A DNA stretch of 64,000 nt from Bilabrum cf. latius (Eukaryota), in contig OZ237744.1 in assembly GCA_965178125.1 (NCBI GenBank), positions 1 through 64,000 of the forward strand. The letters run 5' to 3'. Below the pieces are notes generated by a model. The model worked only from the letters and a program-made list of their open reading frames with translations. It did not search any database and was not told the DNA's origin. The position numbers were made by a program, and so were the translations under genes. Within the stretch, counting starts at the first letter, position 1, and each line of letters begins with the position of its first letter. This document shows, in pieces, positions 39,756 through 54,035 of the stretch.

Positions 39756-42700
39756 TCATACGGCAGGGCGCCTATCGGGCCAGTACACGAGCGTCATCCT
39801 GGCCTCCAGCTCCCCGTTGGCAAGCTCGTCGTGGTCCTCTGCTTCTGGCCCTCGGCCCGACCGGCCCCACGGACCCGCAGAGCCCCTGGTTTCTCCGGAA
39901 GCATTCGACCGGCGACCCGCGCTGCGCCCCCTGCCATCGTAGTCTGCACCACCCAGAAGCGCCGACTGGAGACTCGCGTCCGATTCCGATCGCTCTCTGC
40001 CCCCGCCACCCACCAACGAGGCAGCGTCGTCCATCCCGCCGAATCCACCGGTGGACGAGGCGATGGATCCGGCGCGGCTTCTTCCTGCCACGGACCCCCG
40101 CCGCGATCGCGAGCCCCACCGCCTTCCCTTCCCCCCACGACTGCCGCCGCCACCGTCCCCGTTCACGGATCCGGAGCCGAAATCAGCGTCCGAGACGGCG
40201 GAGGCGCGGCTGTCCGATCGCGTCCGACCAAACGCGCCGCCCGCCGCCCCGCCCGCCGCCCCGCCCATCAGGGAACGTTCACCAGAGCTCTCCGTCCGAC
40301 CGCGAACCGGCCTCCCTGCGCCTCCCTGGCTGGGAGCACCGGCGCGGCCACCACGTGCCCTTGCCCCGGCCCTCGCTCTCCCTCCGGCACCGAGCCTCCA
40401 CCGCCCGCCTCCGTTTCTCCTCCGCTGCACCTGCTTCCTGCCCCTGGGCCCCCAGAACACGAGCACCCCGGGCCCGCGGCGCAGGTCCCCGTCCCTCTGT
40501 GCCTGTTCCCCCGGCTTGAGCATGCTCGCCACGAGGTCGGCGCCGTCCTGCAGGTAGGTCGGCAGGGCGCCATGAGCCGGCGTCTGCTGCCCTGCAGCGC
40601 CCCAGCGACCGCGGCTTTTCTGCGCCGATGCCACTGCGGCATCTTGCTCCTCCATGGCCTGCAGCAGACTCCTGCGGGATGCTTGCCCGAAGGCAGTCTC
40701 CGGCTCGTCCCCGTCCCTAGACCGCTCCATGGCCTCCCTGTGCAGTGGGGGACCACGACCCGACCGGCTCCAGGGAACAGCGTGCTGACCGAGCACCTTC
40801 GTTCCCGAGCCAGTCCCGTCTCCCGTGGCGTCCATCAGCCCCGTGCCGGTTGCCCCTGCGCCCCCGTGGCCCTCCAGCAGTGCGGCCTCTGCCCCGCTCG
40901 GCCTGGCCTCTTCGAGCAGCCTCTTGGATAGCCTGCAGGCCCCGTGGAAGGGCACACGCACGGCCGACCCCACCTCAAAATCCAGTTGCTTCCTCGACAC
41001 GTCCATCTCCGCACGCGCCGCCGCCCGTCCCACCCTGGCCTGCGTCTCTTCGAGCCCAACGGCAGCCATCGCCACCTGCATGGGCTCGCGAAGGAGGGCT
41101 GCATTCGCGCTGGGCGGCAGCCTCTGCACGAGGAAGACCAAGTAGTCAGGGGGCGGCGAGAGTGGGGCGCCCAGCTGCACCGCAGGCTCCTCTTGCTCCT
41201 GGTCCCGATGCTCAAGTCTGGTCCCCTCTGCGGAGGGGCTCGCCTTGTGCTCGGCTGCACGATTCGCCCCATCTGTCGACTGGAGAGTTGCCGCGCTAGA
41301 GGTTTTCTGCTGCGATGCGCCTGCATTTTTCTTGGCCTCGTCTTGCAGCAGCCGGAGCAGCCCGCCCGGCGTGCGGGCCGCTCCCAGTCCAGCCAGAGCA
41401 GCCGTGCTGCTCGCAAGCTCATCCGGCGGCACCACAGCCCCTAGCCAGCCCCTTCCGGTCCTCGTGTCGGCATTGGCAGCACTCGCCCGAAGTGCTTGTG
41501 CAAGGGCAGCCATCGGTGGCTCCCATCCGCTTACACGCACAGGCGCAGTAGCGGCTTCGAGCAGATCGAGAGGCGACGGCCGGCCGTTGCCGTCGCACCG
41601 CTCCACCAGCGCCCGCCACAGTGCCATGCGGCGACCTGAAGGCGCGCGCAGAACTAGCTGCACGGCAGCTCCCAGGTCTCCTATCCTCGTGAGCATAAGT
41701 TCGAGCGCCTCCCGCTGCAGTTGTCCCCCTGTTGCAGCCTTGCTCCTTGCCTCTGCCTCCAGCTCGGCACGTTTCGCCTTGTTGCGAGAGGAGCGGGAGA
41801 GCCCGGCACGCTTGCTCCGCACTGCAGCCTCCTCGTCGTACACCGCCTGCGATTCCTAAAGCAGCAATCGCACACATGCCACAGCTACAGATCGTGAGGC
41901 TGCTGCAGCAATGGCTCCTATTTCCGAAATAGGTTCTTCCTGGCTCCCAGCGGCAGAAGATGCCGCACCACCGTCCCGCTCGCGAAGTCCATCAAAAAGC
42001 TTGAGCCATCTTCTAGCCCTGTCTAACATAGATGATGGATTGCCCGCTGCACACAGTCCCACTAGCTGCTGAGCCCGCCTTGGCATGGCTGCCAGGCCAT
42101 GCGCGAACAACAGCTCGTGGAGAAATCGCCTGTCCTCGGCAGAAAGAAGCTCGTCTTGCTTGCCTGGTTCGTCGGCTCCCAGTGCCCCAGGCTGATCGTC
42201 TCCCTATTTCCCCCCCGCGGGAATGCCCTCCTTGGCAGCTTCCTCGCCACTGCCTCTGTTTCCAGTCTTGGCCGCCTTTGGTTGAGACCACCCCGCTGGC
42301 CAACAGCCGGCGAGAGCAACGAGCAGCAGCAGTAAATCACGGCGCTTCCTGGCTGCCACCACGTTGGGAGTAACATCCTGCAAGGACGCGGCACCAGAGC
42401 TTGGCATAGGCGGTAGGCTGTCTGGGCCATGCTACTTGCGGTCCGATGGCGCGTGGTGCTGCAGTAATCGATGGACAAGGTCGGTGGCTTTCACTCGACC
42501 CGCACGCACGGCCCCAGCCAGCCACAAGGCAGCGTGTTGGCCCCATGCCTCGAGAAGCACGGGGCAGTATTCCACCAGGCTGCGGGCCAGGGCCCGGCGC
42601 CCCGCATCGTAGCCCATTTCGCCCTCACGGGCCTCTTTCTCACAGCGCGTGTCGCAGTATGTGCACGCCACTGCAGCCATCAGCTGCGACTCCACTGGAG

Positions 42701-45700
42701 CATTCAGTGACGTTTCCCAGTCCGACACTTGTGCCCCGGTCCACCCCAGCATGCAGTCGTCGCCCAGGTACTTTTCAGCTCCACTCGCAGGGCGCAGCAC
42801 TGATCCAGCGCTCACCTCTGCAAGCTGCTCCCCGAGCATAGCGCCTTTGAATTCTCCTACTTGCTCGTTTGCAGTGCCCGTGCTGCCTGCCCTTGCCTCT
42901 GCCATGGCCATGGCATAGCTGCGAAGAGACTCTAGCTGCTGGTTCAGGCTGGACCGGGCCTAGCCCGCGGCATGCGACAGGACTGCTAGCGACCGCAGCC
43001 TGGTGCTGGCTAGCAGCAGCGGGACCTGCATGGGCTCGCCATTGCTGCGGGCCGCCGAAGCTGCATGAAGCGTGCGGCGGACCGCTGGTTTTGAGATCGC
43101 AAGGAGACAATCTAGTGCAACCGAGCCCCTCCTTCGCAGCAGAGCTCCCGACAAAACTCGGGCATCCCTGCAAGACACCGCCAGGCCTAGCTGCAGCTGA
43201 TCACCGGTCTAGGCGGCACTATCAAGGCCCTCTCCCTGTGAAAGCACCGCGTCGGGCCCGGGCATGCCGCTGGCGACACCCACCGTCCACGCGTGCGCAG
43301 CGAGGAGGAATGCAGCCGGGGCCATGGAGGACAGGGCCAGTCCTGCGAGGCCGACGAGGCCCGCGCATGCATCCGACTCGCTCGCGGCAGACTCTGGATT
43401 GGAGTGAACTCCAGTCGTTCTGCACGCCATCGACAGCGCAACTTGCCGGTGGATGGCACTGTGCCCTTCGCCGGTAGCACCCCGACCACTGGCGGCCCCT
43501 TCGCTTGTGGTGGCGTCACGGTCTGCCTCTGAGGATCCTAGCCCGGCGTCGGTGTCCTCTGCGTATGCATCGATGAGGTCCCCGAGCCACGTGTGCAAAG
43601 TCGCGGCGCTGAGGATGCCGCGCCACTCCTCGCGCTCCTCTGCGGGCGAATCACCTCCGTTGGCGTCCGTGTCATCGTCCTCTTCGGGGGCCTGTCGGAA
43701 CGAAGGGAGTCCGGCGCCTCGTTGGGTAAGGCTTCCCGCTCGCTTGACCGCGCTGATCCACCGGCTGGCTGCAGCTGCGCGCCCTTCGGCACGCAGCCAG
43801 AAAGCCGCCAACACGGCTGCTTCCAGGCTGCGGTCTGGCACGCCCTCACGCGTGCCATCAATCTGTGCGCCTGTCTCAGCCCGTGCCGCATCGCCCGGTG
43901 GCACCTCACCGCCCGGACCGCCGATGCTGTCGCTTGCATCCTTGCACACCGTGGGCAGCGACAGCCACCACTGCAACTCGCCAAGCTGGTCGCGCCAGCC
44001 GCCGCCCACAGCCGCTTCTGAGGAGGGCGGCCCCTCGAGCAGTGCCGTTAGTATCCGTGAAACTGCAATGCGCTGCACCCTTCGCACTAAGGATCGGTCC
44101 AACGGCATCTGTGCGCGAGCTTCGGGCCACGGTGTCCTCGCATGTATGGAGGCCTGTGCAGACCCTGGTGCGGAAGCGGCCTCAAGTTTAGTTGGTCTGC
44201 CTGCATCGAGGGCATGCTGAACAGTGGAGCAAGCCTTTTCAAATTGCTTCCTCAGCAAAGCCTCGCGCACGATCTCGGTCGGCCCGACCGGCTTGGCGAT
44301 GAACACCGCACCCGGTGTGCGAACGAGCAACCAGAGGCGACCGTCCCACGCAGACTGGAGACCCGGCCCACCATCACTCAGGCCTGCGTGAGCTGGAGAG
44401 GGCGCTGTTGCGCCTGGCACTCGCCGGATGCTCAGCAATTTGCAGGAGCTTCCCTACCTGCTGTCCTCGCCTGCATTCGAACCACCATCGGCTGGCGAGT
44501 CTTCCGGTGCACTGCTAGCCAGATCAGATGCATCATCTGCAGGCCTGATCGATCTGTCCGATTCTTTAGATTCTTCTTCCACGCTAGTAGTCCCATTGCT
44601 GGCGGATGCGCCGCTGCTCTTCCAGGATAGCTAAAGCACAGCGAGTCGCAGAGAGGCTGGCCTCGCAGCTGGTGCAGCCTGCGAACCACCCGCGCTCTCC
44701 TCCGGTGCTTCCCCAGTGCTATCATGACCCGCTGGCAATGCTTCGGACTAATCACACCCTTCGTTCCAAAGCAGGACCGCGAGCCGGTCTGATCGCGCAG
44801 CCTGGCTGGCTGGTCCTCGCGCGGCATGTCCGGAGCATCTGGTCAGACCAGCGATTGCGCTGGGCATCCATGCCGTTGCGACGCACCGAAAGGAGGAGGC
44901 CGAATGCGCGTCTGAATCCCGCGGGTTTCCTGCAACTGATGACCCTGCGCTCGTGCTTCTGCTAGCTTCCTAGCGCTCCAGCACCCGCAACCGCCTGCCC
45001 CAACCCACTGCCAGACGGGTGCTCGACAGCCAGGCTAGACGGGGAGGGCAGAATCGATCCAGTGCCTCCCTTCGGCGGGCGTGCTCCGCCTCCTTACTGA
45101 CTGCTCCCCCGCTTGCTCTTGCAGCCGAGCCCCCGCTGCCCCCCGACTCAGCCGCAGGGACGGAGGGCCTCGTATCCACGCCCACCTTGAGGGGGGGCCC
45201 TCTGACGTCAGCGATGTTGACCTGCTGCAGGCTAGTCCAAGCCACGAAGGGGGACACGGGCCGGGCAGGGTCTCCGACTGTAGGCGCCCACGCAAGAGCT
45301 GTGATCTCGCCGTGCTCTTTCGACTGGTCTTGGAACAGGTGCCTGTGCGGCCACGGCTAGCCCTCAAGCGATCCCTGTGTGGATGCTCGCGCCGACCCGC
45401 CACTGATCGAAGGGCTAATCCCACCACCCAACGGATTCAACGGAAACATGCTAGTTGTTGACTTATCGGGGCTTGGATGTGGGTCATTTGTTGCAGGGGG
45501 CAGTCGGGGAGGGCGCACAAGCACAAACCTTCGCGATCTGCCCGGTACCACAGCGCCGGCGCTGCGCTCCAGAAGAGGATCAGCAGAGCTAAACAGCGAA
45601 TCGCCACTACTTCTATCAAACTTCTATCCAACGCATGGATGGACTGCCAGCGCACTCGACCGACCACCAAGAGGCAGCCGCGCGGCTGCACCGAACGCAG

Positions 45701-46129
45701 CCGAAGAAAACGTCAACGCTGGTTGGAGCCGCCGTAGTCCACCAGAATGCTACAGACAGACCTGACTCATACCCAGCATTGAATCTTCTCCTGTTGACCC
45801 GATAACTGTGCACTGGGTGTCGACGTCAAGAGCTGCAACGGCGCCCTCATGCCTGCGGGCCTTGAGCCCGATCCTACCGAGCCCATCAGCGATAACAATT
45901 TCTCCGTTACGGCATCCCAAGATCTGCATAGCATAAATTAGTGGACTAGGGGCCGAATCATGCTTGCATGTACGGCAGAAAGCTCGAATAATGCGCAGTT
46001 GGCAAGACTTACCAAACAAGAAGATCTCAATACAGACGCAGTGCAAGGGCTTTCTCGGAGCAATTTACCGAGCGATCCACCGACGGAAGAAACGATGTAC
46101 TCGTATTGCGAGCCTTCATGAGCTGACAT
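39756..46129 (-). CDS. VPS41: VPS41-like HOPS subunit with long low-complexity insertions (~2090 aa); intron 45924-46012
   Basis: N-terminal YEYI...SSCL/ILGCRNGEIVIADGLG...HEGAVAALDVD, then ALAVHP..RRFV, GEITALAW, FVAWTS, LAVGWG, VFIAKP..FEKA, and a degenerate RING-like FHGAC. One frame through TAGs, ending in TGA. Confidence 0.75.
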
Positions 46130-46265
46130 GAACCCTAACGCACAGCTGCAAGTATGCCGGTGGCTGCGAAGCTGTTGGTGCGCTCGTCATCGCCACGGTA
46201 GTTTGTGCGTGTGTGCGTCCGATTCAGCCTCGTGATATGATAGGCAAAGTTTATTACGTAACTCA

Positions 46266-49200
46266 TCAACCCAGCGCAAAGGACCGGAGCCTCACCTGCA
46301 AGAGCCCCGAGAGATCCCGCAGCACCCTTGGATGCACATAATCCAGCATCTCACCGTCGTCCACACCCGGAGCAGATTCACTACCGAGGTCTCGTCCTGC
46401 CATGGCCTTTAAGTCAGCTCCGAATCCCACCTCCACAGGGACGCCCACACTCAGCTCCTCCTCGCCCTCGCCCTCGCCCTCGCTCCCAGGGCTGGCACCA
46501 GGCATCGGCACCGCCCCCCCCGCGGCTTGCACGATCCCTGCAGCCACCCCTGCCGCCGCAGAGCCTTTCCCTCCCTGGAATGCCTCTAGCTCGGCCTGCA
46601 GCGGGGCCAGCAGACGAACAGATAGGGCCCTTGCTTTTCCAGCACGCGGAGCGATGGCAGGCGTCTCAGCTGCAGAGCCTGCACCAGCTCCCCCACCAGC
46701 CGAGGCATCTTCGTACCCTCTCAGGGCAAGGAACGCCAGGCCCTCCCTCCCCACAGATAGCCTGCCGCTGGCCTCGGGGGCAAGCGTTGAACCGGCCGCA
46801 TAGCCGCCCCGGGCTGCATCCATGCCAGCCAGCGCGGCCCGGCCCTCAAGAGCCGCAAGCAGCCCCGCACACGAACTGCTGGACCCTGGCTCGCAAGCCC
46901 ACCCAGGCCCAGACGGCTGAGGCAACACAGCCATGCCCGCCACGGCCTAGGAGCGGGTCCCGATCGCACTCATCACATGGGTTGGCAGTCGTGCTCGCAC
47001 AAACCGAGACAGCCTGAACGCAGCTGCGAGCACGAGGCCTGCCGCAGACCGGGGAGCGACGCCTTTCGGAGGCACAAGCGTACTGCCGCCAGCCTTGCCC
47101 TTCGGCTTGCTCTTCCATTCCACCCCGAGCCAGCATGCTTCCAGTCGGCGCGGAACTGACAGCCCAGGCTCTGACACGTCCGAGGACCCAGCGGAGCCCG
47201 CGCTCGCACTGCCCGCCCCGCTACGGGACCTCACTGTCGTTGGGTCAACGAATCCAAGCGGCACGCTCTGTAGTGTCCGCAGCAGCACATCTGCGCTCGC
47301 GAGCCGAGGCTCAGTCGCATCGGATGAGCTATTCCGCACTTGACCCCAAAGCCACAGAAACACCGATCGTGTCTGCGCGGCCACTTCCGTCTTCTCGAGC
47401 ATTGGCCCGAGTGCCGCCCGCCAGGCACCGACCGTGCGATCGGCGCCGGCTGCAATCGTGCGAATCAGCAGATCAGCAGCCCCTTGCGACACTGGAAGCT
47501 TTCGCTCACGATGAGCGGCTGGTGGTCCAGTCATTTTTTCCGCGGTCCGGGCCATGAGCTGGACGACATGGAAAGTCCGCAACGAGTTCGTCTGCGCGCC
47601 CTTGACTCCAGCCATTTCCAGCACGGCGCACAAGAAATCGAGGCACATGGCCACGGACAGCCGGTGGAAGCGAAAGAAGCTGGAAAACGATCTCTGCAGG
47701 CTGCTTACGCTGGTCAGCGCAGCCTCCCATTCAGATGCGAGCGATGCCTGGCTACCCTCCTCTCCTGCTCCACCGGCACCCGCACGACCGACTGCATCGG
47801 CAGCAAGAAGCTCGGGCGGGAGCGACTGTCGATGGGCAGGAAAAGCAACGCTATTTGACACATCGGCGGGTTTGGCTGCGGGATCCCAGTACAGCCCCCT
47901 GGCGTGCGAGTGCGCGTCTCGAAACTGCCTCATGGTCGGCATGGGAGCGAAGGAGCAGTCGATCTCCACGTTCGGTGCCCGCTTGGAGGAAAGCCGGCAC
48001 ACAACCCGAGCCACACGAGCACCGGTGCCGGCGCAGTACACTAACTCGACCCCACGCTCCTGCAGCGCCGTTGCCAATAGTTGAGAGCACGTAGCTGTGT
48101 TGATGGCGTCGCTGGGCGGGCACAGAAGCACCAGATCCACGTCACATACAGCCCGACCGAGAGGGAATGAACCGCTCAGGAGCGCCATGGCCGGCGGCAG
48201 CTGGATGCTAGCGAGGTCGCTTGGAAGGGCCTGACCAGCTCTGCAGCTTACAGGATCCTCTAGGAGAGAAGCAGGGTCGGCACCTGCGCCGCTTGCCGCG
48301 CCGCTGCCTCTGGCAGCTGCTCGACTGCCCGCAACGCCGCTGGCCGCAGCAGCTGCTGCAGCCAAGAGTCTAGCAGGAGGGCACGGCGGTAACCCGACCG
48401 CCCTTCCGACGACGTCGGCCCAAGCGTCAGCCACCATATCAATGCCATCCAAAGCAGCGCGGGTGAACGCAGGGGTCCGGATGCTGCCGAGAGAGGCCAT
48501 AAGCCGGGCCAGGCCCAGCCCGTGCTCAGCTTCACGGTAGAGAGGGAGGGCACCTGTGCACGTGTTTCGGACCGGCATCAGCTCGAGCGAGGATAGACCC
48601 TGCTGCTGAAGCTGCTCTAGATCCTCCGACTCCTTCCTTGCCTCTTCATCGGCAGGAGCGTCCAGTCTCGCGTCCTGCAGAGCCTCGATATGCTCCAGCG
48701 ACGGACTGGCTGCCTCCGGGGCGGACAGGTTGCGAATCATGGCTGGCTTGCCCAGCTCCACGCTCCCGAGTTCAGCGCTACGGTCGGGGGTGTCTCCTTC
48801 CGCGTCGCCCAGCAGGTTGTCAGGGCCACGCACATGCACGAGCCGCCACTGCAGCTGCGGCAGCCCAGGGGTTCTGGTGTAGCTCCTCAGCTCTGCTCGA
48901 AACGCCGCAAGGTTCCCAGATAGATCGTCCCAGGCCGTCAGGCGCGCAACGTTTGGCATCAAGGAAAGCAAGCCGCGCAGCATCGCACGCTTGAACCCAG
49001 GCGTGCCTCTGAACTGCTTGGCTCGCAGCTGCTGTAATTCGACCCCGGCGGCAGTAGGATCGATCCCATGCTACGCGCAGAAGGACTCAGCTGCCGCTCG
49101 CATGGATGGCACCCTGCACACAACGGCGTCAGCAGATGTACCGAACCCAGACAGAACGCCCTCGATGGCTCGAAGCACCTCACCTCCCTCGCCCTCCGAC

Positions 49201-52200
49201 CTACCAGTCAAAATCACCGCGGCAACTCTGGCCCTGCCCACCTGCTGCTTGAGCTCGGGGAGAGCCGGTCCTGGGAATACCGGAACTGGGGACTGCAGGC
49301 TCTGCGGCGACGCTAGAAACGCCTTGTTGTCCTTCATGCCTACCGTGTCTCCCCCATGCGTTAGGCGTGCATGCCGCCCCGAGAAATGTCCTGCAGACTG
49401 CAGGTTCACGCCAAACTCTTCGCGCGTCAGACTTGCCGCTTCTTCGGCGGACGGTCCGCACGCCACGGTGCAGTCAAAGTCGAAGATGTGAAGGTCTTGG
49501 ATGGATTGCAGTGCCACGGACTTGTACCATGGAGGGCATCTGTCGACAACAGTAGACTTCAGTATCCGGGCAAAGGCGCCTCCCGGAGCCGCACAGGCCG
49601 CGCAAGCCAGCATGCCTACAGTCACGCCAGACATGGCCTCTGCGCCCGCAACAGAGTCCAACCCACTGCCATTGAGCCCGTACAACGATGGTAGCCGTGA
49701 TTGGGGTGGACGAAGTGCCAGCGCTCTAAGCTCAAGCGCATCGGATTCCAACTCATCGTCGGGGTGTGACCTACGGCGAAGCATCTCCACCGGTGCCAAA
49801 GCGCCGACTGCACTCTTACGCTGAACAACCGCTTCGGATGAATTCCCGTCCGTACCGCCGCTGGACAGTGCCTGGCTGTTCTGGGAGACATAGTCAGCCA
49901 TGAGGGGGCCAACAGGCTGCGCAACGCCGGCTAGCCAGGCTGGAACTGGGTGCGGCACGAGCACGGTGGGCCAATGCTTCATTGGTACTGACACCATCTG
50001 CGCATCCACAAGCTCTCGGCGGTGGTAAACGGCCAAAGCATCGCTTCCTACGGGCTTGGGATGTGGTTCGCTGGCTACCTTGGCGACGCAAGGCAGCCAG
50101 GACGGCTACACTTGCTCCCAGCCTTGGGCTTCACGACCCCTGGATGGCTCCATCAACGATGCAACGATCATATCTCCAAGCTCGGCACTGCTTGATACGG
50201 ACGGATTGCCATCTTCAGCTAGCTCGGGCATCTTTTCTTGTACCAGCTGCATCCCAGTCTGCATAAGACGACCGGCCATCCCCGCAGCACAGTATTCCCT
50301 GCTTTTGCCTGAGCTGCGGATCGGCTGGTACCCAACACTGCCGACAAGCGTGACGGGCTCCCGTAGGATGTGGATCGTCACATTCTTAAATGATGATAGC
50401 CTACCGCCACCTGCGCCGGCATCCAAATCTCCGACTTCAGCATCTGCACCGTCTGCAGCGACAGTGAGGCGTTTGATCCACGCCTCATGCTTGGAGCTCC
50501 AAGTGAACGCAGCTACTGGTGGAGAGCCCTGCCCGCCATCAGCGAACGAGTCAGCCACTGCCGCATCCAAACCTCCAGCAAACAGCTCCGGAACTACTTG
50601 CTAGCAGAGCGCCAGCATCGCATTGCTGTGAACGGGCGAGCCTCGACCGGCTGTAGCAAGGGTCACGTGCGGGATCCTGTTTCCTCCGGGGCCGTGCTCG
50701 AGGTCAGCCGGCAATAGCCTGCGGTGATCGGCAGCAACTCTCGCCACTCCAGCGCTAAGCTTGGATTGTGCTCTCTCTAGAGCGCCGAATAGCCCGTGTG
50801 GAATAGAATCCGCGTGAACCATTGGCGCGCGCGCCTCTTCCGGACTGCTCCCGGTGGTTACATCCTGCTCAATGTGAGCGAGTCCGTCCACCAGAGACTC
50901 AGCATGCACCACCGCGGCTGCCACGGTGCTACTCGTAACGATCACTCTGGTCCGTAGTGGAACCATGCAGCCAAGGGGCGCTGCAGCCACATCCAGCGGG
51001 CTGGGTCGAAAGCGCAGCGTCAGATGGTCCCCATACAGTTTCCAGTCGTCCCTAGGGCTGAGAGCCTAGGTCATGCTCTACAGGCGGGCCCGGTCTGCGC
51101 CGCGCAGGAACACAGCGAGGTATCCTGCCCCCGGTCTAGCCTGCGCGATGATCTAGTCCTTCCAAGGGTTGCTTCTCATCTTGCCCAGCACATGGTCAAT
51201 CACTGGTGCTAGTGCTCTCCCTTCAAGCTGCGGGGCCGATGCATCCCTCTATCCATGTCCAGATTTCGACGGGTGTACGGTCGATGCAGCCAGTTCTTCG
51301 TTGATTCCAGGTACCGCCACGTCCTGCTTAAATCCAGTGGCATCCTTGGCCAGGGATGGCTGCTTGCCCAACGTGTCATGCATGCGGAGGGTGACCTCAG
51401 CTGGAACTGAGTGCGAGTTCCGGATGCTGAGTGCCACGGCAGCTCCTTCCGACGGGCAGTCGAACCGGAGCTCTACAAGAGGCACTCCAATCTCCCGCGC
51501 CTGCTTGGCGTAGAAGCTGCAGTCTCGCGTCTTGATGTTGGTGTTGTCAACGACAATCACGCGAACACGACCGCTACTATCTTGCAACAAGTCTGTGTAC
51601 ACTGCCTGACAGTGCTTGTGAGCGGCTTGTAGCATCCCGCCATCAAAGGCATAGGCAGCTGCTCCCTATCCTATGCCATACTCGAACATGGAGTCGGCAG
51701 AGCACACGTCCACGTCCCACGCAGATACCCCGTCGAAAGCATCGAGCCGCTCTTGCAGCGCAGCATTCGAAGTGGCAGCCTCGCGGACCGCATCCCTGAT
51801 CTCGCGGATCGCGGAGGATTTCCCGCTGCCTGACACGCCCCTGGTAACTACAGCCAGCTTGCCTGCCTACAGCAAGGCCTCCACAATGCGACCCTTGAAA
51901 TCAGCCGGAAGGGCGGGCGCTGGTCGAGATGAGTGGGTGGTAGCCTCAATGGTACTGGCGCCACTGGCTGCGACACCAGATGCAGCATCACTTGGCGATG
52001 ATGGGCCGACCTTAGCATCGCCTCCGCTGCTGCTGTCTACTGAGTGCAGCAACACCGCCACGAATCCGATGCGATGCGACGTTGCAGCCACAGCTGACTT
52101 GAGAGTTTCCTCAGCGATGCATGCGGAGGCAGCCGAGTGCTTGCCAACGAGGATGGCAGAAAGCAGGGCAACCCACGGAGGCAGAATCTACAGATTGTCT

Positions 52201-54035
52201 TCAGCATTTGCCGGGTGTTTCATGCCAGCAGGCGGGCGCGCCGTCAGAGGAGCGGCGGCTTGGACCTTCTTAAGGAGCTCACCTACTTGTTCCTCGTTCG
52301 CTGGATCCACCAACATGGGCAGCGAATCGACCAGCTACCAGTACGAATGATACGCGCCGTCTTCAGTTTCTTCTGGTATTCGCTGATGGTTCCACTCGTA
52401 CTTGGCATGGGCGCGCGCGGCCATTGCATTCCTCTACCCGGCCATCGACATCGTGCGGGCCAGGCCAACCAGTTCTGCGAGTCGGAGCTCTCCTGCAAGA
52501 GGCAAGTGTTGCCGCACGACCACGCTCCAGGGGGCCTTTTGCAGCTTTGTCATCGAGCTTAAGCTCTCTCTAGCAGTTGTAGCTACCGATGGACCTCCTG
52601 TGCTCGTTTCTACCCCTCCAGCCTCGTGCTTTGGCACGTCCTCGGGCACGGAACCGTCATGTTGCACGGCGGCGGCCGTCGGATAGAAGCGACCATCTTC
52701 CCTGGGCAGCAGCATACTACATAGCCACGCACTATTTGCTACGAGCAGGCTCTTTCCGAACGTTGCCAAGCCGGCGGATTCTTCCGAGGATGCGGCGCCA
52801 GCGGCAGTAGCGGCGGCAGGATCAGCTGCTGTCTCGTCTCCGTGGTTTCGCGAGACTGCATCATGAGCCGCATCAATAGCCTCGCCAGGAATCCCATCGG
52901 GCAATCCTTTCGAGGCTGCCCTGCGTAAGTTGATGAGCGTGACATGGGGCGAGTACGGCCTGCCTCCCCGTCCAGGTGGCGGTCGTGCCCCCGCACCACC
53001 GAGTGAGCTAGACGCCGGTGTCGCTGCATCAGCACCTTCGACTGGGATGTCATCCGCCTCAAGTACATGCACCCCAGCAGTTCGAAACGCTCTTGTTAAT
53101 CCTTCTCGGAGGTCCAACAGCCACTGAAGAGCGTCTTCTCCACCTGCAGGTCCCCTGGCTGGCTTTGCGTGCATGACTCGAGCTGGTCTGCCGAAAGTAC
53201 CGGGCCCTTGGAGCTCCATTCCCTCATGTTGCAGGACTTTTCTGCGTGCTGCTGCCAGAAGCTGGGGTGCACTTGTCATCACAACCTCTCTCGCTGCCTT
53301 GAGCTGCGCTGGCGTCTCAATCCTGAGCATTGACACCGACACGTGCAAGCGGTAGGGGGGTAGGCAGCTCGAGGCAAGCTTCGGCTCGGTTGCTGAGGCG
53401 GCTGCCTGGGCTGCCTTGCATGCTGCGACGATCGCCTCATCCTGGATACGCAGGCACAGGAAATAGTTCGGCCTGTCCTCCTCCCGAGGCACCATCACTC
53501 CTTCGCCGGCGTGCCTGGCAAGATTGTGGCTTTGGGGCTGGGGTCCTGCCGGGATTGGACCCGATCTGGAGGTCTTCCAGCCCGATTTGCGCCCTTTGTG
53601 CTAGCGGGTTGCCCTATCCTTTCCTGGTTGCCGAGTTGACTTGCTCTTGGAAGCCTTGCCCCCACGAGTGTCAGCGGAATCCGCAGACCTGGCTTCGATA
53701 CTTGCCTTTAGCTCTTCAACGACCTTATCGAGGGTGATTCCAGATCCTGTTGATCCAAATATATCATCTACACGTGATTTTTTGTCCCAAACGACCCTAT
53801 CTAGCAGTTTGACGTACATGATTCGATGCTGAACCAGGTCCTCCCAGGGCACCTTCGCAAATTCCTTTTCCTCAACTCCAGTGAATCGGTCCAGGTAGCC
53901 TATCTTGATCCAAGCTGAATCTACGATACCGTCCCATTTCAATCTGTTCAAAACGTCGTGCGCCGTTCGCATTCGAAGCTTCTTGTCCCCTTCGGGCCCG
54001 GATCCTGTTCTGCTGTTCCCTTTTTGCCCCGGCAT
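46266..54035 (-). CDS. Multidomain 'Swiss-army-knife' RNA repair / end-healing protein (~2590 aa): MJ1316, 2H, P-loop kinase, 2H, HAD, pol-beta nucleotidyltransferase
   Basis: Nine ORF pieces share one frame joined by TAG. Motifs: MRTAHDVLNRLKWD..IGYLDRFTGVEE; RPNYFLCLRI..LHVS..PHVTL; RGVSGSGKS..VCSAD..VDNTN; YGDHLTL..PHVTL; HIFDFDCT..ILTGR..WDD; GSFPLGRAVCDVD. The extreme 3' end is uncertain (possible GTGAG donor near 46295). Confidence 0.85.

Noticed and set aside
45750-45772. Tiny 23-nt GT..TAG intron in VPS41
   Set aside because: Reading TAG as Gln keeps the frame that yields the expected ALAVHP..RRFV motif. Splicing it out leads to a TGA.
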